DNA of 64,000 nucleotides from Macrostomum hystrix (lineage: Eukaryota; Animalia; Platyhelminthes): positions 1,612,001 to 1,676,000 of the forward strand of contig CATNEN010000032.1 of assembly GCA_950097015.1 (NCBI GenBank). The letters are read 5' to 3'. The notes below the pieces were generated by a model that searched no databases, had not been told where the DNA came from, and saw only the letters and a list, made by a program, of their open reading frames with translations. Below, piece after piece: positions 1 to 14,300 of the stretch. Each line of letters begins with the position of its first letter. Positions within the stretch are counted from its first letter, which is position 1. The translations under genes were made by a program, and so were the position numbers.

Positions 1-199
1 CACATCATCTCACAGCTGCAGTGCAGCTTCAATTCTGCCTCACATCATCTCACAGCTGCAGTGCAGCTTCAATTCTGCATCACATCATCTCACAGCTGCA
101 GTGCAGCTTCAATTCTGCCTCACATCATCTCACAGCTGCAGTGCAGCTTCAATTCTGCATCACATCATCTCACAGCTGCAGTGCAGCTTCAATTCTGCC
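1..199. repeat. 40-bp minisatellite (CACATCATCTCACAGCTGCAGTGCAGCTTCAATTCTGC[C/A]T), truncated by window start
   Basis: Direct tandem units. Confidence 0.95.
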
Positions 200-704
200 A
201 CACCCATTTACTCGACTGGTTAAGCCCTACTCATCTTTCAGGAATAAATTTCGCAGAATTCCAGTCTCATTGCCGATGGTCGGATAACGGGTGGCGGATC
301 GGATGTATCTCCACTTCCCCTAGAAGCAGATCAGAGACCACACCCGGCAGATCAAAGCCATTGCGCCCAGCTTTGATTTCGGCTTGTGTTGCCAGGTTTT
401 TAGAAACTTCACTTCACTGCGGCTGGAAAGATCATTGCAGAAAAAAATTTATCGAACTGAAATAAAACCTCTTCATGAGCCAGCAGCTATTAATTCCTAC
501 CTGAAATTTTGAAATGTCCCACTAAAATAGTCCCGATTTTTTATTTTGGCCGTGGTTGTGATTTTTATACTCAAGCATGTCTAATGGATCTTTGGCGAGC
601 ATCTCAGGAACTATTTCTGTGAAATGAATAGCTTGGACAATGAGACTAGAAATTTGACAAGCAGTTTAAAATCGATTAGACACAAATATTATAATAGATT
701 AGAT

Positions 705-1140
705 TAAATAAGACAGTGAGAATAGATAAGATAGTGAGAATAGATGAGACACTGAGAATAGATGAGACACTGAGAATAGATGAGAAAGTGAGAATAGATG
801 AGACACTGAGAATAGATGAGACAGTGAGAATGGATGAGACACTGAGAATAGATGAGAAAGTGAGAATAGATGAGACAGTGAGAATAGATGAGACACTGAG
901 AATAGATGAGAAAGTGAGAATAGATGAGACAGTGAGAATGGATGAGACACTGAGAATAGATGAGAAAGTGAGAATAGATGAGACACTGAGAATAGATGAG
1001 AAAGAGAATAGATGAGACACTGAGAATAGATGAGAAAGTGAGAATAAATGAGACACTGAGAATAGATGAGAAAGTGAGAACAGATAAGACACTGAGAATA
1101 GATAAGACACTGAGAATAGATGAGACAGTGAGAATAGATT
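705..1140. repeat. 18-bp minisatellite GAGAATAGATGAGA[C/A]A[C/G]T (copy at about 10530-10965)
   Basis: Direct tandem units. Confidence 0.95.
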
Positions 1141-1844
1141 AGATTAGATTTGACACCATGAGATTCGATACTGAGCTAGAGTCTAAGATCAGTTTGGACA
1201 CAGACAGGACCTAGAGACATAAAATCAGAGTTGAAATGCTGAATGCATTACAGGCTGTGTAGGAAGCCAACATTAAGCGAAAACGGCAGACAATATTTAT
1301 GTTTGATAGCAGTGGTAGAACAATTACTTGCCATTTCGCTGCATGTTAGTTTATATTTTTATAAGCAATTATAGCTGTCAATTCTAAGGTCCTGTCGGAT
1401 GGCAAGGGCAGCTAGGAAATAATAAAAAGCTTCTATTTAAAATTCTGGCGACTATAGCGACTCACGCAAGGTGGCCAAGCAAAAACTAGAAATTTGGCCA
1501 AGTCCTACGAAACAGTTTATTTCAATAGGGAAATCTCATTGCTCATTGTGTGGCGCAGTCACATCCAGATGGCATTCCACAGTCTTGGCGCAACCTTCTT
1601 TGCCAGTCCAGCGCCGAGCATGCCGCCATACGTCTTGCTCAACTGCTCATGTTTTAGAAAATTTGTCGGGTGCTCAACTAGATGACCGCGAACCTTCTCC
1701 AGCTCCTTCAACGCCACAGCCGGGTCGCTCTGAGCCAATCCAGGCTCCTTAAGGAACTCCGAAAGCTGGGCGAAGGTCGTCGCGTTGTTTGGGTAGGTCC
1801 GGAACACCTGGTTGGCAGGGGTGGCACGCACAAAGGATAAAAGG

Positions 1845-2757
1845 GGTGGAGTAGTGTACGAGTACATTGGGTTGAGGAGCCCGGGCTCAGAAGACGGAAG
1901 GTCACAGAGAGAAGGGGTGGAGTAGTGTACATTGGGTTGAGGAGCCCGGGCTCAGAAGACGGAAGGCCAGAGAGAGAAGGCATGGAGTAGTGTACATTGG
2001 GTTGAGGAGGCCGGGCTCAGAAGACGGAAGGCCAGAGAGAGAAGGCATGGAGTAGTGTACATTGGGTTGAGGAGGCCGGGCTCAGACGACGGATGGTCAC
2101 AGAGAGAAGGGGTGGAGTAGTGTACATTGGGTTGAGGAGCCCGGGCTCAGACGACGGAAGGTCACAGAGAGAAGGGGTGGAGTAGTGTACATTGGGTTGA
2201 GGAGGCCGGGCTCAGAAGACGGAAGGCGAGATAGAGAAGGGTGGAGTAGTGTACATTGGGTTGAGGAGGCCGGGCTCAGAAGACGGAAGGCGAGATAGAG
2301 AAGGGTGGAGTAGTGTACATTGGGTTGAGGAGGCCGGGCTCAGAAGACGGAAGGCCAGAGAGAGAAGGCATGGAGTAGTGTACATTTGGTTGAGGAGGCC
2401 GGGCTCAGAAGACGGAAGGCCAGAGAGAGAAGGCATGGAGTAGTGTACATTTGGTTGAGGAGGCCGGGCTCAGAAGACGGAAGGCGAGATAGAGAAGGGT
2501 GGAGTAGTGTACATTGGGTTGAGGAGGCCGGGCTCAGAAGACGGAAGGCGAGATAGAGAAGGGTGGAGTAGTGTACATTGGGTTGAGGAGGCCGGGCTCA
2601 GAAGACGGAAGGCCAGAGAGAGAAGGCATGGAGTAGTGTACATTTGGTTGAGGAGGCCGGGCTCAGAAGACGGAAGGCGAGATAGAGAAGGGTGGAGTAG
2701 TGTACATTGGGTTGAGGAGGCCGGGCTCAGAAGACGAAAGGCCAGAGAGAGAGAGAA
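1845..2757. repeat. 64-65-bp purine-rich minisatellite in last PLD intron (copy at about 11669-12581)
   Basis: Unit GTAGTGTACATTGGGTTGAGGAGGCCGGGCTCAGAAGACGGAAGG..., about 14 copies. Confidence 0.95.
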
Positions 2758-2803
2758 TAAAAATACAAATAATAGTTGCAGGAGGGTTGCGGGTAATCGC
2801 AAA

Positions 2804-3060
2804 TCATTTGGTGACACTGGACCCGCAGCCAGTGAGGAGGCAATCTGTACATTTCGCTGACTCCTGAGTACACAGGCACACAAATACCGTACGCAGGCAC
2901 ACGCTCACACAGGTGTGTACATCTGCCTTGACTTTCTCAGTGCAGTGCAGTGCAGACTCTCACTGTGCCTTAGAGACGAGCTCAGGGACCTCGGTGCGAG
3001 AGGCAGACCCGTTAACCAAATGAGAATTTCCAGCGTGACCGATGCTTGAAGACAAAACAC
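2804..3060 (+). mobile_element. Dispersed intronic repeat family, copy A (duplicate at about 12628-12884)
   Basis: Shares TCATTTGGTGACA, ACAGGTGTGTACATCTG..GACTTTCTC, CTCTCACTGT.CCTT.GAG and GATGCTTGAA with 44620-45002, and TTTGGTGACA.TG..CCGCAGCCAG.GAGGAGGCAAT with 17064-17101. Class unknown. Confidence 0.55.
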
Positions 3061-3556
3061 TCAAACTTGCTACTGAATTAGTTTTGACTGCTTAATTAAT
3101 GCGACACTTAAGCCTACAACTGACTTGAGAAAAAATATAGAATGAATGTCACAAAGAATGCTTCTGAACTGGGCTGCAATTCTACAGCTAGAACTTGGAG
3201 AAAACAAGAGTGCTCAATTCAGCAAATTGGGCTCTGCAAATTCGCTGATCGTAGCAAACTGGCAGATGTGACTGCGCATTAATTCCAGTCTGTTCGGCTG
3301 GGATTCGGTGCAATCAAGTTTATTGCCAACCAGTTTTGCACACACAACTTGCCAGACAGTGCTTCACAATGCTCACGTTACCAACAAATTCGAAGAATGA
3401 ATTCTTTTTCTAAACACTTTCATAAAATTCAATTCATCCAAAATCTTTCACGCTTAATTCAGCTACGTCAAACATATCGATAAAAGTTGTAACTAAATTT
3501 ATAAAATGCTCTATACGCATTATGTTAGCGATTTTGATTATGAAGTGCTCGTTTCA

Positions 3557-6500
3557 GGGTGTTGATTGTCGGGTGTTGATTGTGGGGTGTTGATTGTCGG
3601 GTGTTGATTGTGGGGTGTTGATTGTCGGGTGCTGATTGTGGGGTGTTGATTGTCGGGTGTTGATTGTGGGTGTTGATTGTGGGGTGTTGATTGTGGGGTG
3701 TTGATTGTCGGGTGCTGATTGTGGGGTGTTGATTGTCGGGTGTTGATTGTGGGGTGTTGATTGTCGGGTGTTGATTGTGGGTGTTGATTGTGGGGTGTTG
3801 ATTGTGGGGTGTTGATTGGGGGGTGTTGATTGTGGGGTGTTGATTGTGGTGTGCTGATTGTGGGGTGCTGATCATGGGGTGTTGATTGTGGGGTGCTGAT
3901 TGTGTGTGTTGATTGTGGGGTGCTGATTGTGGGGTGCTGATCATGGGGTGTTGATTTTGGGTGTTGATTGTGGGGTGCTGATTGTGTGTGTTGATTGTGG
4001 GGTGCTGATTGTGGGGTGCTGATTGTGGGGTGCTGATTGTGGGGTGCTGATCATGGGGTGTTGATTTTGGGTGTTGATTGTGGGGTGCTGATTGTGGGGT
4101 GTTGATTGTGGGGTGCTGATTGTGGGGTGTTGATTGTGGGGTGTTGATTGTAGTGTGCTGATTGTGGGGTGCTGATCATGGGGTGTTGATTTTGGGTGTT
4201 GATTGTGGGGTGCTGATTGTGGGGTGCTGATTGTGGGGTGCTGATTGTGGGGTGTTGATTGTGGGGTGCTGATTGTGTGTGTTGATTTTGGGTGTTGATT
4301 GTGGGGTGCTGATTGTGTGTGTTGATTGTGGGGTGCTGATTGTGGGGTGCTGATTGTGGGGTGCTGATTGTGGGGTGCTGATCATGGGGTGTTGATTGTG
4401 GGGTGTTGATTGTCGGGTGCTGATTGTGGGGTGTTGATTGTCGGGTGTTGATTGTGGGTGTTGATTGTGGGGTGTTGATTGTGGGGTGTTGATTGTCGGG
4501 TGCTGATTGTGGGGTGTTGATTGTGGGTGTTGATTGTGGGGTGTTGATTGTGGGGTGTTGATTGGGGGGTGTTGATTGTGGGGTGTTGATTGTGGTGTGC
4601 TGATTGTGGGTGCTGATCATGGGGTGTTGATTGTGGGGTGCTGATTGTGTGTGTTGATTGTGGTGTGCTGATTGTGGGGTGCTGATCATGGGGTGTTGAT
4701 TTTGGGTGTTGATTGTGGGGTGCTGATTGTGTGTGTTGATTGTGGGGTGCCGATTGTGGGGTGCTGATTGTGGGGTGCTGATTGTGGGGTGCTGATCATG
4801 GGGTGTTGATTTTGGGTGTTGATTGTGGGGTGCTGATTGTGGGGTGTTGATTGTGGGGTGCTGATTGTGGGGTGTTGATTGTGGGGTGTTGATTGTAGTG
4901 TGCTGATTGTGGGGTGCTGATCATGGGGTGTTGATTTTGGGTGTTGATTGTGGGGTGCTGATTGTGGGGTGTTGATTGTGGGGTGCTGATTGTGGGGTGT
5001 TGATTGTGGGGTGCTGATTGTGTGTGTTGATTTTGGGTGTTGATTGTGGGGTGCTGATTGTGTGTGTTGATTGTGGGGTGCTGATTGTGGGGTGCTGATT
5101 GTGGGGTGCTGATTGTGGGGTGCTGATCATGGGGTGTTGATTTTGGGTGTTGATTGTGGGGTGCTGATTGTGGGGTGTTGATTGTGGGGTGTTGATTGTG
5201 GGGTGTTGATTGTGGTGTGCTGATTGTTGGGTGCTGATCATGGGGTGTTGATTTTGGGTGTTGATTGTGGGGTGCTGATTGTGGGGTGTTGATTGTGGGG
5301 TGCTGATTGTGGGGTGTTGATTGTGGGGTGCTGATTGTGGGGTGCTGATTGTGGGGTGTTGATTGTTTGGTTCTATTGTGGGGTGTTGATTGTTGGGTTC
5401 TATTGTGGGGTGTTGATTGTTGGGTTCTATTGTGGGGTGCTGATTATGGGGTGCTGATTGTGGGGTGTTGATTGTGGGGTGCTGATTGTGGGGTGTTGAT
5501 TGTGGGGTGTTGATTGTCGGGTGTTGATTGTGGGGTGTTGATTGTCGGGTGTTGATTGTGGGTGTTGATTGTGGGGTGTTGATTGTGGGGTGTTGATTGG
5601 GGGGTGTTGATTGTGGGGTGTTGATTGTGGTGTGCTGATTGTGGGGTGCTGATCATGAGGTGTTGATTTTGGGTGTTGATTGTGGGGTGCTGATTGTGTG
5701 TGTTGATTGTGGGGTGCTGATTGTGGGGTGCTGATTGTGTGTGTTGATTGTGGGGTGCTGATTGTGGGGTGCTGATCATGGGGTGTTGATTTTGGGTGTT
5801 GATTGTGGGGTGCTGATTGTGTGTGTTGATTGTGGGGTGCTGATTGTGGGGTGCTGATTGTGTGTGTTGATTGTGGGGTGCTGATTGTGGGGTGCTGATT
5901 GTGTGTGTTGATTGTGGGGTGTTGATTGTGGGGTGCTGATTGTGGGGTGTTGATTGTGGGGTGTTGATTGTCGGGTGTTGATTGTGGGGTGTTGATTGTC
6001 GGGTGTTGATTGTGGGTGTTGATTGTGGGGTGTTGATTGTGGGGTGTTGATTGTGGGGTGCTGATTGTGGGGTGTTGATTGTGGTGTGCTGATTGTGGGG
6101 TGCTGATCATGAGGTGTTGATTTTGGGTGTTGATTGTGGGGGTGCTGATTGTGTGTGTTGATTGTGGGGTGCTGATTGTGGGGTGCTGATTGTGTGTGTT
6201 GATTGTGGGGTGCTGATTGTGGGGTGCTGATTGTGGGGTGCTGATTGTGGGGTGCTGATCATGGGGTGTTGATTTTGGGTGTTGATTGTGGGGTGCTGAT
6301 TGTGGGGTGTTGATTGTGGGGTGCTGATTGTGGGGTGTTGATTGTGGGGTGTTGATTGTAGTGTGCTGATTGTGGGGTGCTGATCATGGGGTGTTGATTT
6401 TGGGTGTTGATTGTGGGGTGCTGATTGTGGGGTGTTGATTGTGGGGTGCTGATTGTGGGGTGTTGATTGTGGGGTGCTGATTGTGTGTGTTGATTTTGGG

Positions 6501-7030
6501 TGTTGATTGTGGGGTGCTGATTGTGTGTGTTGATTGTGGGGTGCTGATTGTGGGTGTTGATTGTGGGGTGCTGATTGTGGGGTGCTAATTGTGGGGTGTT
6601 GATTTTGGGTGTTGATTGTGGGGTGCTGATTGTGGGGTGTTGATTGTGGGGTGTTGATTGTGGGGTGTTGATTGTGGTGTGCTGATTGTGGGGTGCTGAT
6701 CATGGGGTGTTGATTTTGGGTGTTGATTGTGGGGTGCTGATTGTGGGGTGTTGATTGTGGGGTGCTGATTGTGGGGTGCTGATTGTGGGGTGCTGATTGT
6801 GGGGTGCTGATTGTGGGGTGTTGATTGTTTGGTTCTATTGTGGGGTGTTGATTGTTGGGTTCTATTGTGGGGTGTTGATTGTTGGGTTCTATTGTGGGGT
6901 GCTGATTATGGGGTGCTGATTGTGGGGTGTTGATTGTGGGGTGCTGATTGTGGGGTGCTGATTGTGGGGTGCTGATTGTGGGGTGTTGATTGTGAGGTGT
7001 TGATTGTGGGGTGTTGATTGTGGGGTGTTC
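3557..7030. repeat. 14-bp G/T-rich satellite GGGTG[T/C]TGATTGTG, heterogeneous, about 3.5 kb
   Basis: Direct tandem units with 13-bp variants. Confidence 0.95.
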
Positions 7031-7667
7031 ATTTATGGGAATTTCAGTGGGTGTGGGCTGTCAGGTGTTGAATAATAAAAGATCCCAGAGGAGCCCATGG
7101 ATTTGACAGGTGTGTCACGGGCGAACCTTCTCGTAGATTAGCCTATTCCTGCGCGCAGTGCCAATCCAGGCCCTGTTGAACACGGCATCCGATGTTGGAT
7201 CGTTCAGCAGCAATCCACTCGCTTCGTCATTGTCTAGAACATTCTTCGCTGATGAAGCTGACGACAACTCTGATTTCCCCTTATTCGCTACCCTGGCAGC
7301 TTCGGCGGCGGAGGTGGCAGCGGCGGTGACGCCCAGGTGTTCGCGCATCAGGTACCGACGCAGCGATCCGGCGAAGCGGCCCACCTGAACTCGACCGGCC
7401 TGCCACATGGCCGGGCGCAGGTCGCTGCCCATGTCCTCGAATAGTCCGGCCAGCTCCGAGTCGCAGCTGCCGAGCAATGAGCGATCGTTGATATTCGCTG
7501 AGCCGATGATGCAGAGCCTGTCGTCGGCTATGATTAGTTTGCTGTGCACGTAAACCTGCTCAGTTACCAGCTGACCCGATGGGAGGCGGCCCCAGTTGCG
7601 GAGGGAGCACACAGACACGTACCTGGAGACATTGAATTAGTAAGATTTGACATTGCTGCAGGGTGGA

Positions 7668-8142
7668 TGGGAGATTCCCAGAAGATTCTCGGGAGATTCC
7701 CAGAAGATTCTCGGGAGATTCCCAGAGGATTCTCGTGAGATTCCCAGAAGATTTCTCAGGAGATTCCCAGAAGATTTCTCGTGAGATTCCCAGAAGATTC
7801 TCGTGAGATTCCCAGAAGATTCTCGGGAGATTCCTAGAGGATTCTCGGGAGATTCCCAGAGGATTCTCGGGAGATTCCCAGAAGATTCTCGGGAGATTCC
7901 CAGAGGATTCTCGTGAGATTCCCAGAAGATTCTCGGGAGATTCTTAGAAGATTCTCGGGAGATTCCCAGAGGATTCTCGGGAGATTCCCAGAGGATTCTC
8001 GTGAGATTCCCAGAAGATTCTCGGGAGATTCTTAGAAGATTCTCGGGAGATTCCCAGAAGATCCTCGGGAGATTCCCAGAAGATTCTCGTGAGATTCCCA
8101 GAAGATTCTCGGGAGATTCCCAGAAGATTCTCGTGAGATTCC
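7668..8142. repeat. 22-bp minisatellite GGGAGATTCCCAGAAGATTCTC (shorter copy at about 15748-15956)
   Basis: Direct tandem units filling a PLD intron. Confidence 0.95.
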
Positions 8143-8850
8143 CTTGCCAGGAGATTTATGGCAGAAAAAATAGTTATCTTTCAGCTCACCTGCTCGGATC
8201 AATGTCCAACTCGTGCAGCCGGTCAAACAGTGAGGCGCCACCTCTAAACAGAGACGAGTACTCGTGATGCAGCACCATGAGTACCGGTGCGGACAGCACG
8301 CCGGACTGGACCTCCTCGCAGGTGAACAGTGGCAGCGCTGGCAGTACTAAATATAGTCGAAAAGGGTGGCCTTTCTGATGCATCTCAACGATCTTGCGGA
8401 AGAGCAGCCAGCAGAGATTGTTCTGCACCGATATCCCGTCAGTAGTGCTCGTATTTGAGAATCGACCTCCGGGCAGGCAGCAGGAGATGAAGAACTGGTT
8501 CTCAATGTACAGGTAGTGCTGGGCCCTGCAAATCACGTGCTCATAGGCTTGTCGAATGCTGCTCTCGGTTGGCGACAGTCCGCCAGACCAGAAGCCGAGG
8601 CTGCGCAGGATTTGCACCTGACAGCTGGACGGCGGCGCCAGCCAGCGCTTCGCCTTCACCCGAGGCTGCGCGCTCCGGCCTAGGTCGCCGGTGACTGCGT
8701 GGTCGCCGCAAAAGACAACGCCGACTCTGGCGACATCCTCTTCGTCAGTCTCTTTATTCTTGGTGTCATCTTTGAACTGCACGGACAACTGGCGGCACTG
8801 CTGAAGCTCGGAGCTCGGCTCGGAATTGTTCAGATTAACCAATTTAATCA

Positions 8851-10022
8851 ATTCTCCATCACATCATCTCACAGCTTCACCTCTGCATCACATCATCTCA
8901 CAGCTGCAGTATACAGCTTCAATTCTCCATCACATCATCTCACAGCTTCACCTCTGCATCACATCATCTCACAGCTGCAGTATACAGCTTCAATTCTGCA
9001 TCACATCATCTCACAGCTGCAGTGCAGCTTCAATTCTGCCTCACATCATCTCACAGCTGCAGTGCAGCTTCAATTCTGCATCACATCATCTCACAGCTGC
9101 AGTGCAGCTTCAATTCTGCCTCACATCATCTCACAGCTGCAGTGCAGCTTCAATTCTGCATCACATCATCTCACAGCTGCAGTATACAGCTTCAATTCTC
9201 CATCACATCATCTCACAGCTGCAGTATACAGCTTCAATTCTCCATCACATCATCTCACAGCTGAAGTATACAGCTTCAATTCTGCATCACATCATCTCAC
9301 AGCTACAGTATACAGCTTCACCTCTGCATCACATCATCTCACAGCTGCAGTATACAGCTTCAATTCTCCATCACATCATCTCACAGCTTCACCTCTGCAT
9401 CACATCATCTCACAGCTGCAGTGCAGCTTCAATTCTGCCTGACATCATCTCACAGCTGCAGTGCAGCTTCAATTCTGCCTCACATCATCTCACAGCTTCA
9501 CCTCTGCATCACATCATCTCACAGCTACAGTATACAGCTTCACCTCTGCATCACATCATCTCACAGCTGCAGTATACAGCTTCAATTCTCCATCACATCA
9601 TCTCACAGCTTCACCTCTGCATCACATCATCTCACAGCTGCAGTATACAGCTTCAATTCTGCATCACATCATCTCACAGCTGCAGTGCAGCTTCAATTCT
9701 GCCTCACATCATCTCACAGCTGCAGTGCAGCTTCAATTCTGCATCACATCATCTCACAGCTGCAGTGCAGCTTCAATTCTGCCTCACATCATCTCACAGC
9801 TGCAGTGCAGCTTCAATTCTGCATCACATCATCTCACAGCTGCAGTGCAGCTTCAATTCTGCCTCACATCATCTCACAGCTGCAGTGCAGCTTCAATTCT
9901 GCATCACATCATCTCACAGCTGCAGTGCAGCTTCAATTCTGCCTCACATCATCTCACAGCTGCAGTGCAGCTTCAATTCTGCATCACATCATCTCACAGC
10001 TGCAGTGCAGCTTCAATTCTGC
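8851..10022. repeat. 40-bp minisatellite at the duplication junction
   Basis: Same unit as 1-199; left half mixed variants, right half alternating GCCT/GCAT units. Confidence 0.95.
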
Positions 10023-11339
10023 CACACCCATTTACTCGACTGGTTAAGCCCTACTCATCTTTCAGGAATAAATTTCGCAGAATTCCAGTCTCATTGCCGA
10101 TGGTCGGATAACGGGTGGCGGATCGGATGTATCTCCACTTCCCCTAGAAGCAGATCAGAGACCACACCCGGCAGATCAAAGCCATTGCGCCCAGCTTTGA
10201 TTTCGGCTTGTGTTGCCAGGTTTTTAGAAACTTCACTTCACTGCGGCTGGAAAGATCATTGCAGAAAAAAATTTATCGAACTGAAATAAAACCTCTTCAT
10301 GAGCCAGCAGCTATTAATTCCTACCTGAAATTTTGAAATGTCCCACTAAAATAGTCCCGATTTTTTATTTTGGCCGTGGTTGTGATTTTTTATACTCAAG
10401 CATGTCTAATGGATCTTTGGCGAGCATCTCAGGAACTATTTCTGTGAAATGAATAGCTTGGACAATGAGACTAGAAATTTGACAAGCAGTTTAAAATCGA
10501 TTAGACACAAATATTATAATAGATTAGATTAAATAAGACAGTGAGAATAGATAAGATAGTGAGAATAGATGAGACACTGAGAATAGATGAGACACTGAGA
10601 ATAGATGAGAAAGTGAGAATAGATGAGACACTGAGAATAGATGAGACAGTGAGAATGGATGAGACACTGAGAATAGATGAGAAAGTGAGAATAGATGAGA
10701 CAGTGAGAATAGATGAGACACTGAGAATAGATGAGAAAGTGAGAATAGATGAGACAGTGAGAATGGATGAGACACTGAGAATAGATGAGAAAGTGAGAAT
10801 AGATGAGACACTGAGAATAGATGAGAAAGAGAATAGATGAGACACTGAGAATAGATGAGAAAGTGAGAATAAATGAGACACTGAGAATAGATGAGAAAGT
10901 GAGAACAGATAAGACACTGAGAATAGATAAGACACTGAGAATAGATGAGACAGTGAGAATAGATTAGATTAGATTTGACACCATGAGATTCGATACTGAG
11001 CTAGAGTCTAAGATCAGTTTGGACACAGACAGGACCTAGAGACATAAAATCAGAGTTGAAATGCTGAATGCATTACAGGCTGTGTAGGAAGCCAACATTA
11101 AGCGAAAACGGCAGACAATATTTATGTTTGATAGCAGTGGTAGAACAATTACTTGCCATTTCGCTGCATGTTAGTTTATATTTTTATAAGCAATTATAGC
11201 TGTCAATTCTAAGGTCCTGTCGGATGGCAAGGGCAGCTAGGAAATAATAAAAGCTTCTATTTAAAATTCTGGCGACTATAGCGACTCACGCAAGGTGGCC
11301 AAGCAAAAACTAGAAATTTGGCCAAGTCCTACGAAACAG

Positions 11340-11345
11340 TTTATT
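11340..11345 (-). promoter_or_regulatory. AATAAA polyadenylation signal of PLD (copy at 1516-1521)
   Basis: Plus-strand TTTATT about 40 nt downstream of the PLD stop codon. Usage is inferred. Confidence 0.5.
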
Positions 11346-11382
11346 TCAATAGGGAAATCTCATTGCTCATTGTGTGGCGCAG

Positions 11383-14300
11383 TCACATCCAGATGGCATT
11401 CCACAGTCTTGGCGCAACCTTCTTTGCCAGTCCAGCGCCGAGCATGCCGCCATACGTCTTGCTCAACTGCTCATGTTTTAGAAAATTTGTCGGGTGCTCA
11501 ACTAGATGACCGCGAACCTTCTCCAGCTCCTTCAACGCCACAGCCGGGTCGCTCTGAGCCAATCCAGGCTCCTTAAGGAACTCCGAAAGCTGGGCGAAGG
11601 TCGTCGCGTTGTTTGGGTAGGTCCGGAACACCTGGTTGGCAGGGGTGGCACGCACAAAGGATAAAAGGGGTGGAGTAGTGTACGAGTACATTGGGTTGAG
11701 GAGCCCGGGCTCAGAAGACGGAAGGTCACAGAGAGAAGGGGTGGAGTAGTGTACATTGGGTTGAGGAGCCCGGGCTCAGAAGACGGAAGGCCAGAGAGAG
11801 AAGGCATGGAGTAGTGTACATTGGGTTGAGGAGGCCGGGCTCAGAAGACGGAAGGCCAGAGAGAGAAGGCATGGAGTAGTGTACATTGGGTTGAGGAGGC
11901 CGGGCTCAGACGACGGATGGTCACAGAGAGAAGGGGTGGAGTAGTGTACATTGGGTTGAGGAGCCCGGGCTCAGACGACGGAAGGTCACAGAGAGAAGGG
12001 GTGGAGTAGTGTACATTGGGTTGAGGAGGCCGGGCTCAGAAGACGGAAGGCGAGATAGAGAAGGGTGGAGTAGTGTACATTGGGTTGAGGAGGCCGGGCT
12101 CAGAAGACGGAAGGCGAGATAGAGAAGGGTGGAGTAGTGTACATTGGGTTGAGGAGGCCGGGCTCAGAAGACGGAAGGCCAGAGAGAGAAGGCATGGAGT
12201 AGTGTACATTTGGTTGAGGAGGCCGGGCTCAGAAGACGGAAGGCCAGAGAGAGAAGGCATGGAGTAGTGTACATTTGGTTGAGGAGGCCGGGCTCAGAAG
12301 ACGGAAGGCGAGATAGAGAAGGGTGGAGTAGTGTACATTGGGTTGAGGAGGCCGGGCTCAGAAGACGGAAGGCGAGATAGAGAAGGGTGGAGTAGTGTAC
12401 ATTGGGTTGAGGAGGCCGGGCTCAGAAGACGGAAGGCCAGAGAGAGAAGGCATGGAGTAGTGTACATTTGGTTGAGGAGGCCGGGCTCAGAAGACGGAAG
12501 GCGAGATAGAGAAGGGTGGAGTAGTGTACATTGGGTTGAGGAGGCCGGGCTCAGAAGACGAAAGGCCAGAGAGAGAGAGAATAAAAATACAAATAATAGT
12601 TGCAGGAGGGTTGCGGGTAATCGCAAATCATTTGGTGACACTGGACCCGCAGCCAGTGAGGAGGCAATCTGTACATTTCGCTGACTCCTGAGTACACAGG
12701 CACACAAATACCGTACGCAGGCACACGCTCACACAGGTGTGTACATCTGCCTTGACTTTCTCAGTGCAGTGCAGTGCAGACTCTCACTGTGCCTTAGAGA
12801 CGAGCTCAGGGACCTCGGTGCGAGAGGCAGACCCGTTAACCAAATGAGAATTTCCAGCGTGACCGATGCTTGAAGACAAAACACTCAAACTTGCTACTGA
12901 ATTAGTTTTGACTGCTTAATTAATGCGACACTTAAGCCTACAACTGACTTGAGAAAAAATATAGAATGAATGTCACAAAGAATGCTTCTGAACTGGGCTG
13001 CAATTCTACAGCTAGAACTTGGAGAAAACAAGAGTGCTCAATTCAGCAAATTGGGCTCTGCAAATTCGCTGATCGTAGCAAACTGGCAGATGTGACTGCG
13101 CATTAATTCCAGTCTGTTCGGCTGGGATTCGGTGCAATCAAGTTTATTGCCAACCAGTTTTGCACGCACAACTTGCCAGACAGTGCTTCACAATGCTCAC
13201 GTTACCAACAAATTCGAAGTATGAATTATTTTTCTAAACACTTTCATAAAATTCAATTCATCCAAAATCTTTCACGCTTAATTCAGCTACGTCAAACATA
13301 TCGATAAAAGTTGTAATTAAATTTATAAAATGCTCTATACGCATTATGTTAGCGATTTTGATTATGAAGTGTTCGTTTCAGGGTGTTGATTGTGGGGTGT
13401 TGATTGTGGGGTGTTGATTGTCGGGTGTTGATTGTGGGGTGTTGATTGTGGGGTGTTGATTGTGGGGTGCTGATTGTGGGGTGCTGATTGTGGGGTGCTG
13501 ATCATGGGGTGTTGATTGTGGGGTGCTGATCATGGGGTGTTGATTGTGGGGTGTTGATTGTGGGGTGTTGATTGTGGGGTGTTGATTGTGGGGTGCTGAT
13601 CATGGGGTGTTGATTGTGGGGTGTTGATTGTGGGGTGTTGATTGTGGGGTGTTGATTGTGGGGTGTTGATTGTGGGGTGCTGATTGTGGGGTGCTGATCA
13701 TGGGGTGTTGATTGTGGGGTGTTGATTGTGGGGTGTTGATTGTGGGGTGTTGATTGTGGGGTGTTGATTGTGGGGTGTTGATTGTGGGGTGTTGATTGTG
13801 GGGTGTTGATTGTGGGGTGTTGATTGTGGGGTGTTGATTGTGGGGTGTTTATTGTGGGGTGTTGATTGTGGGGTGCTGATTGTGGGGTGTTGATTGTGGG
13901 GTGTTGATTGTGGGGTGTTGATTGTGGGGTGTTGATTGTGGGGTGCTGATTGTGGGGTGTTGATTGTGGGGTGTTGATTGTGGGGTGCTGATTGTGGGGT
14001 GTTGATTGTGGGGTGCTGATCATGGGGTGTTGATTGTGGGGTGTTGATTGTGGGGTGTTGATTGTGGGGTGTTGATTGTGGGGTGTTGATTGTGGGGTGT
14101 TTATTGTGGGGTGTTGATTGTGGGGTGCTGATTGTGGGGTGTTGATTGTGGGGTGTTGATTGTGGGGTGTTGATTGTGGGGTGTTGATTGTGGGGTGTTG
14201 ATTGTGGGGTGTTGATTGTGGGGTGTTTATTGTGGGGTGTTGATTGTGGGGTGCTGATTGTGGGGTGTTGATTGTGGGGTGTTGATTGTGGGGTGTTGAT

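Larger units (their letters stand above)
1559..8845 (-). pseudogene. Partial tandem duplicate of the PLD 3' end (truncated exon 8190-8845, HKD2 exon 7127-7622, last exon 1559-1807)
   Basis: Near-identical to 16004-16659, 15207-15702 and 11383-11631 (offsets 7814, 8080, 9824). It begins mid-exon at 8845, fused to the 40-bp satellite, and lacks the acceptor, the WHD/RHFIDRWN segment and all upstream exons. A few differences exist, e.g. GDHAV vs GDRAV. Could be an assembly or haplotype artefact. Confidence 0.75.

Noticed and set aside
7668-8142. GGGAGATTCC matches the NF-kB consensus in every 22-bp unit (also GGAAAATTCC at 38.6-38.9 kb)
   Set aside because: A short degenerate motif amplified passively by the repeat; there is no independent evidence of function.
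8846-8860. GAG|AA in the satellite could serve as a phase-1 acceptor rescuing the duplicated PLD exon
   Set aside because: GAG without a pyrimidine tract is a poor acceptor, and the product would lack the essential WHD/RHFIDRWN segment.
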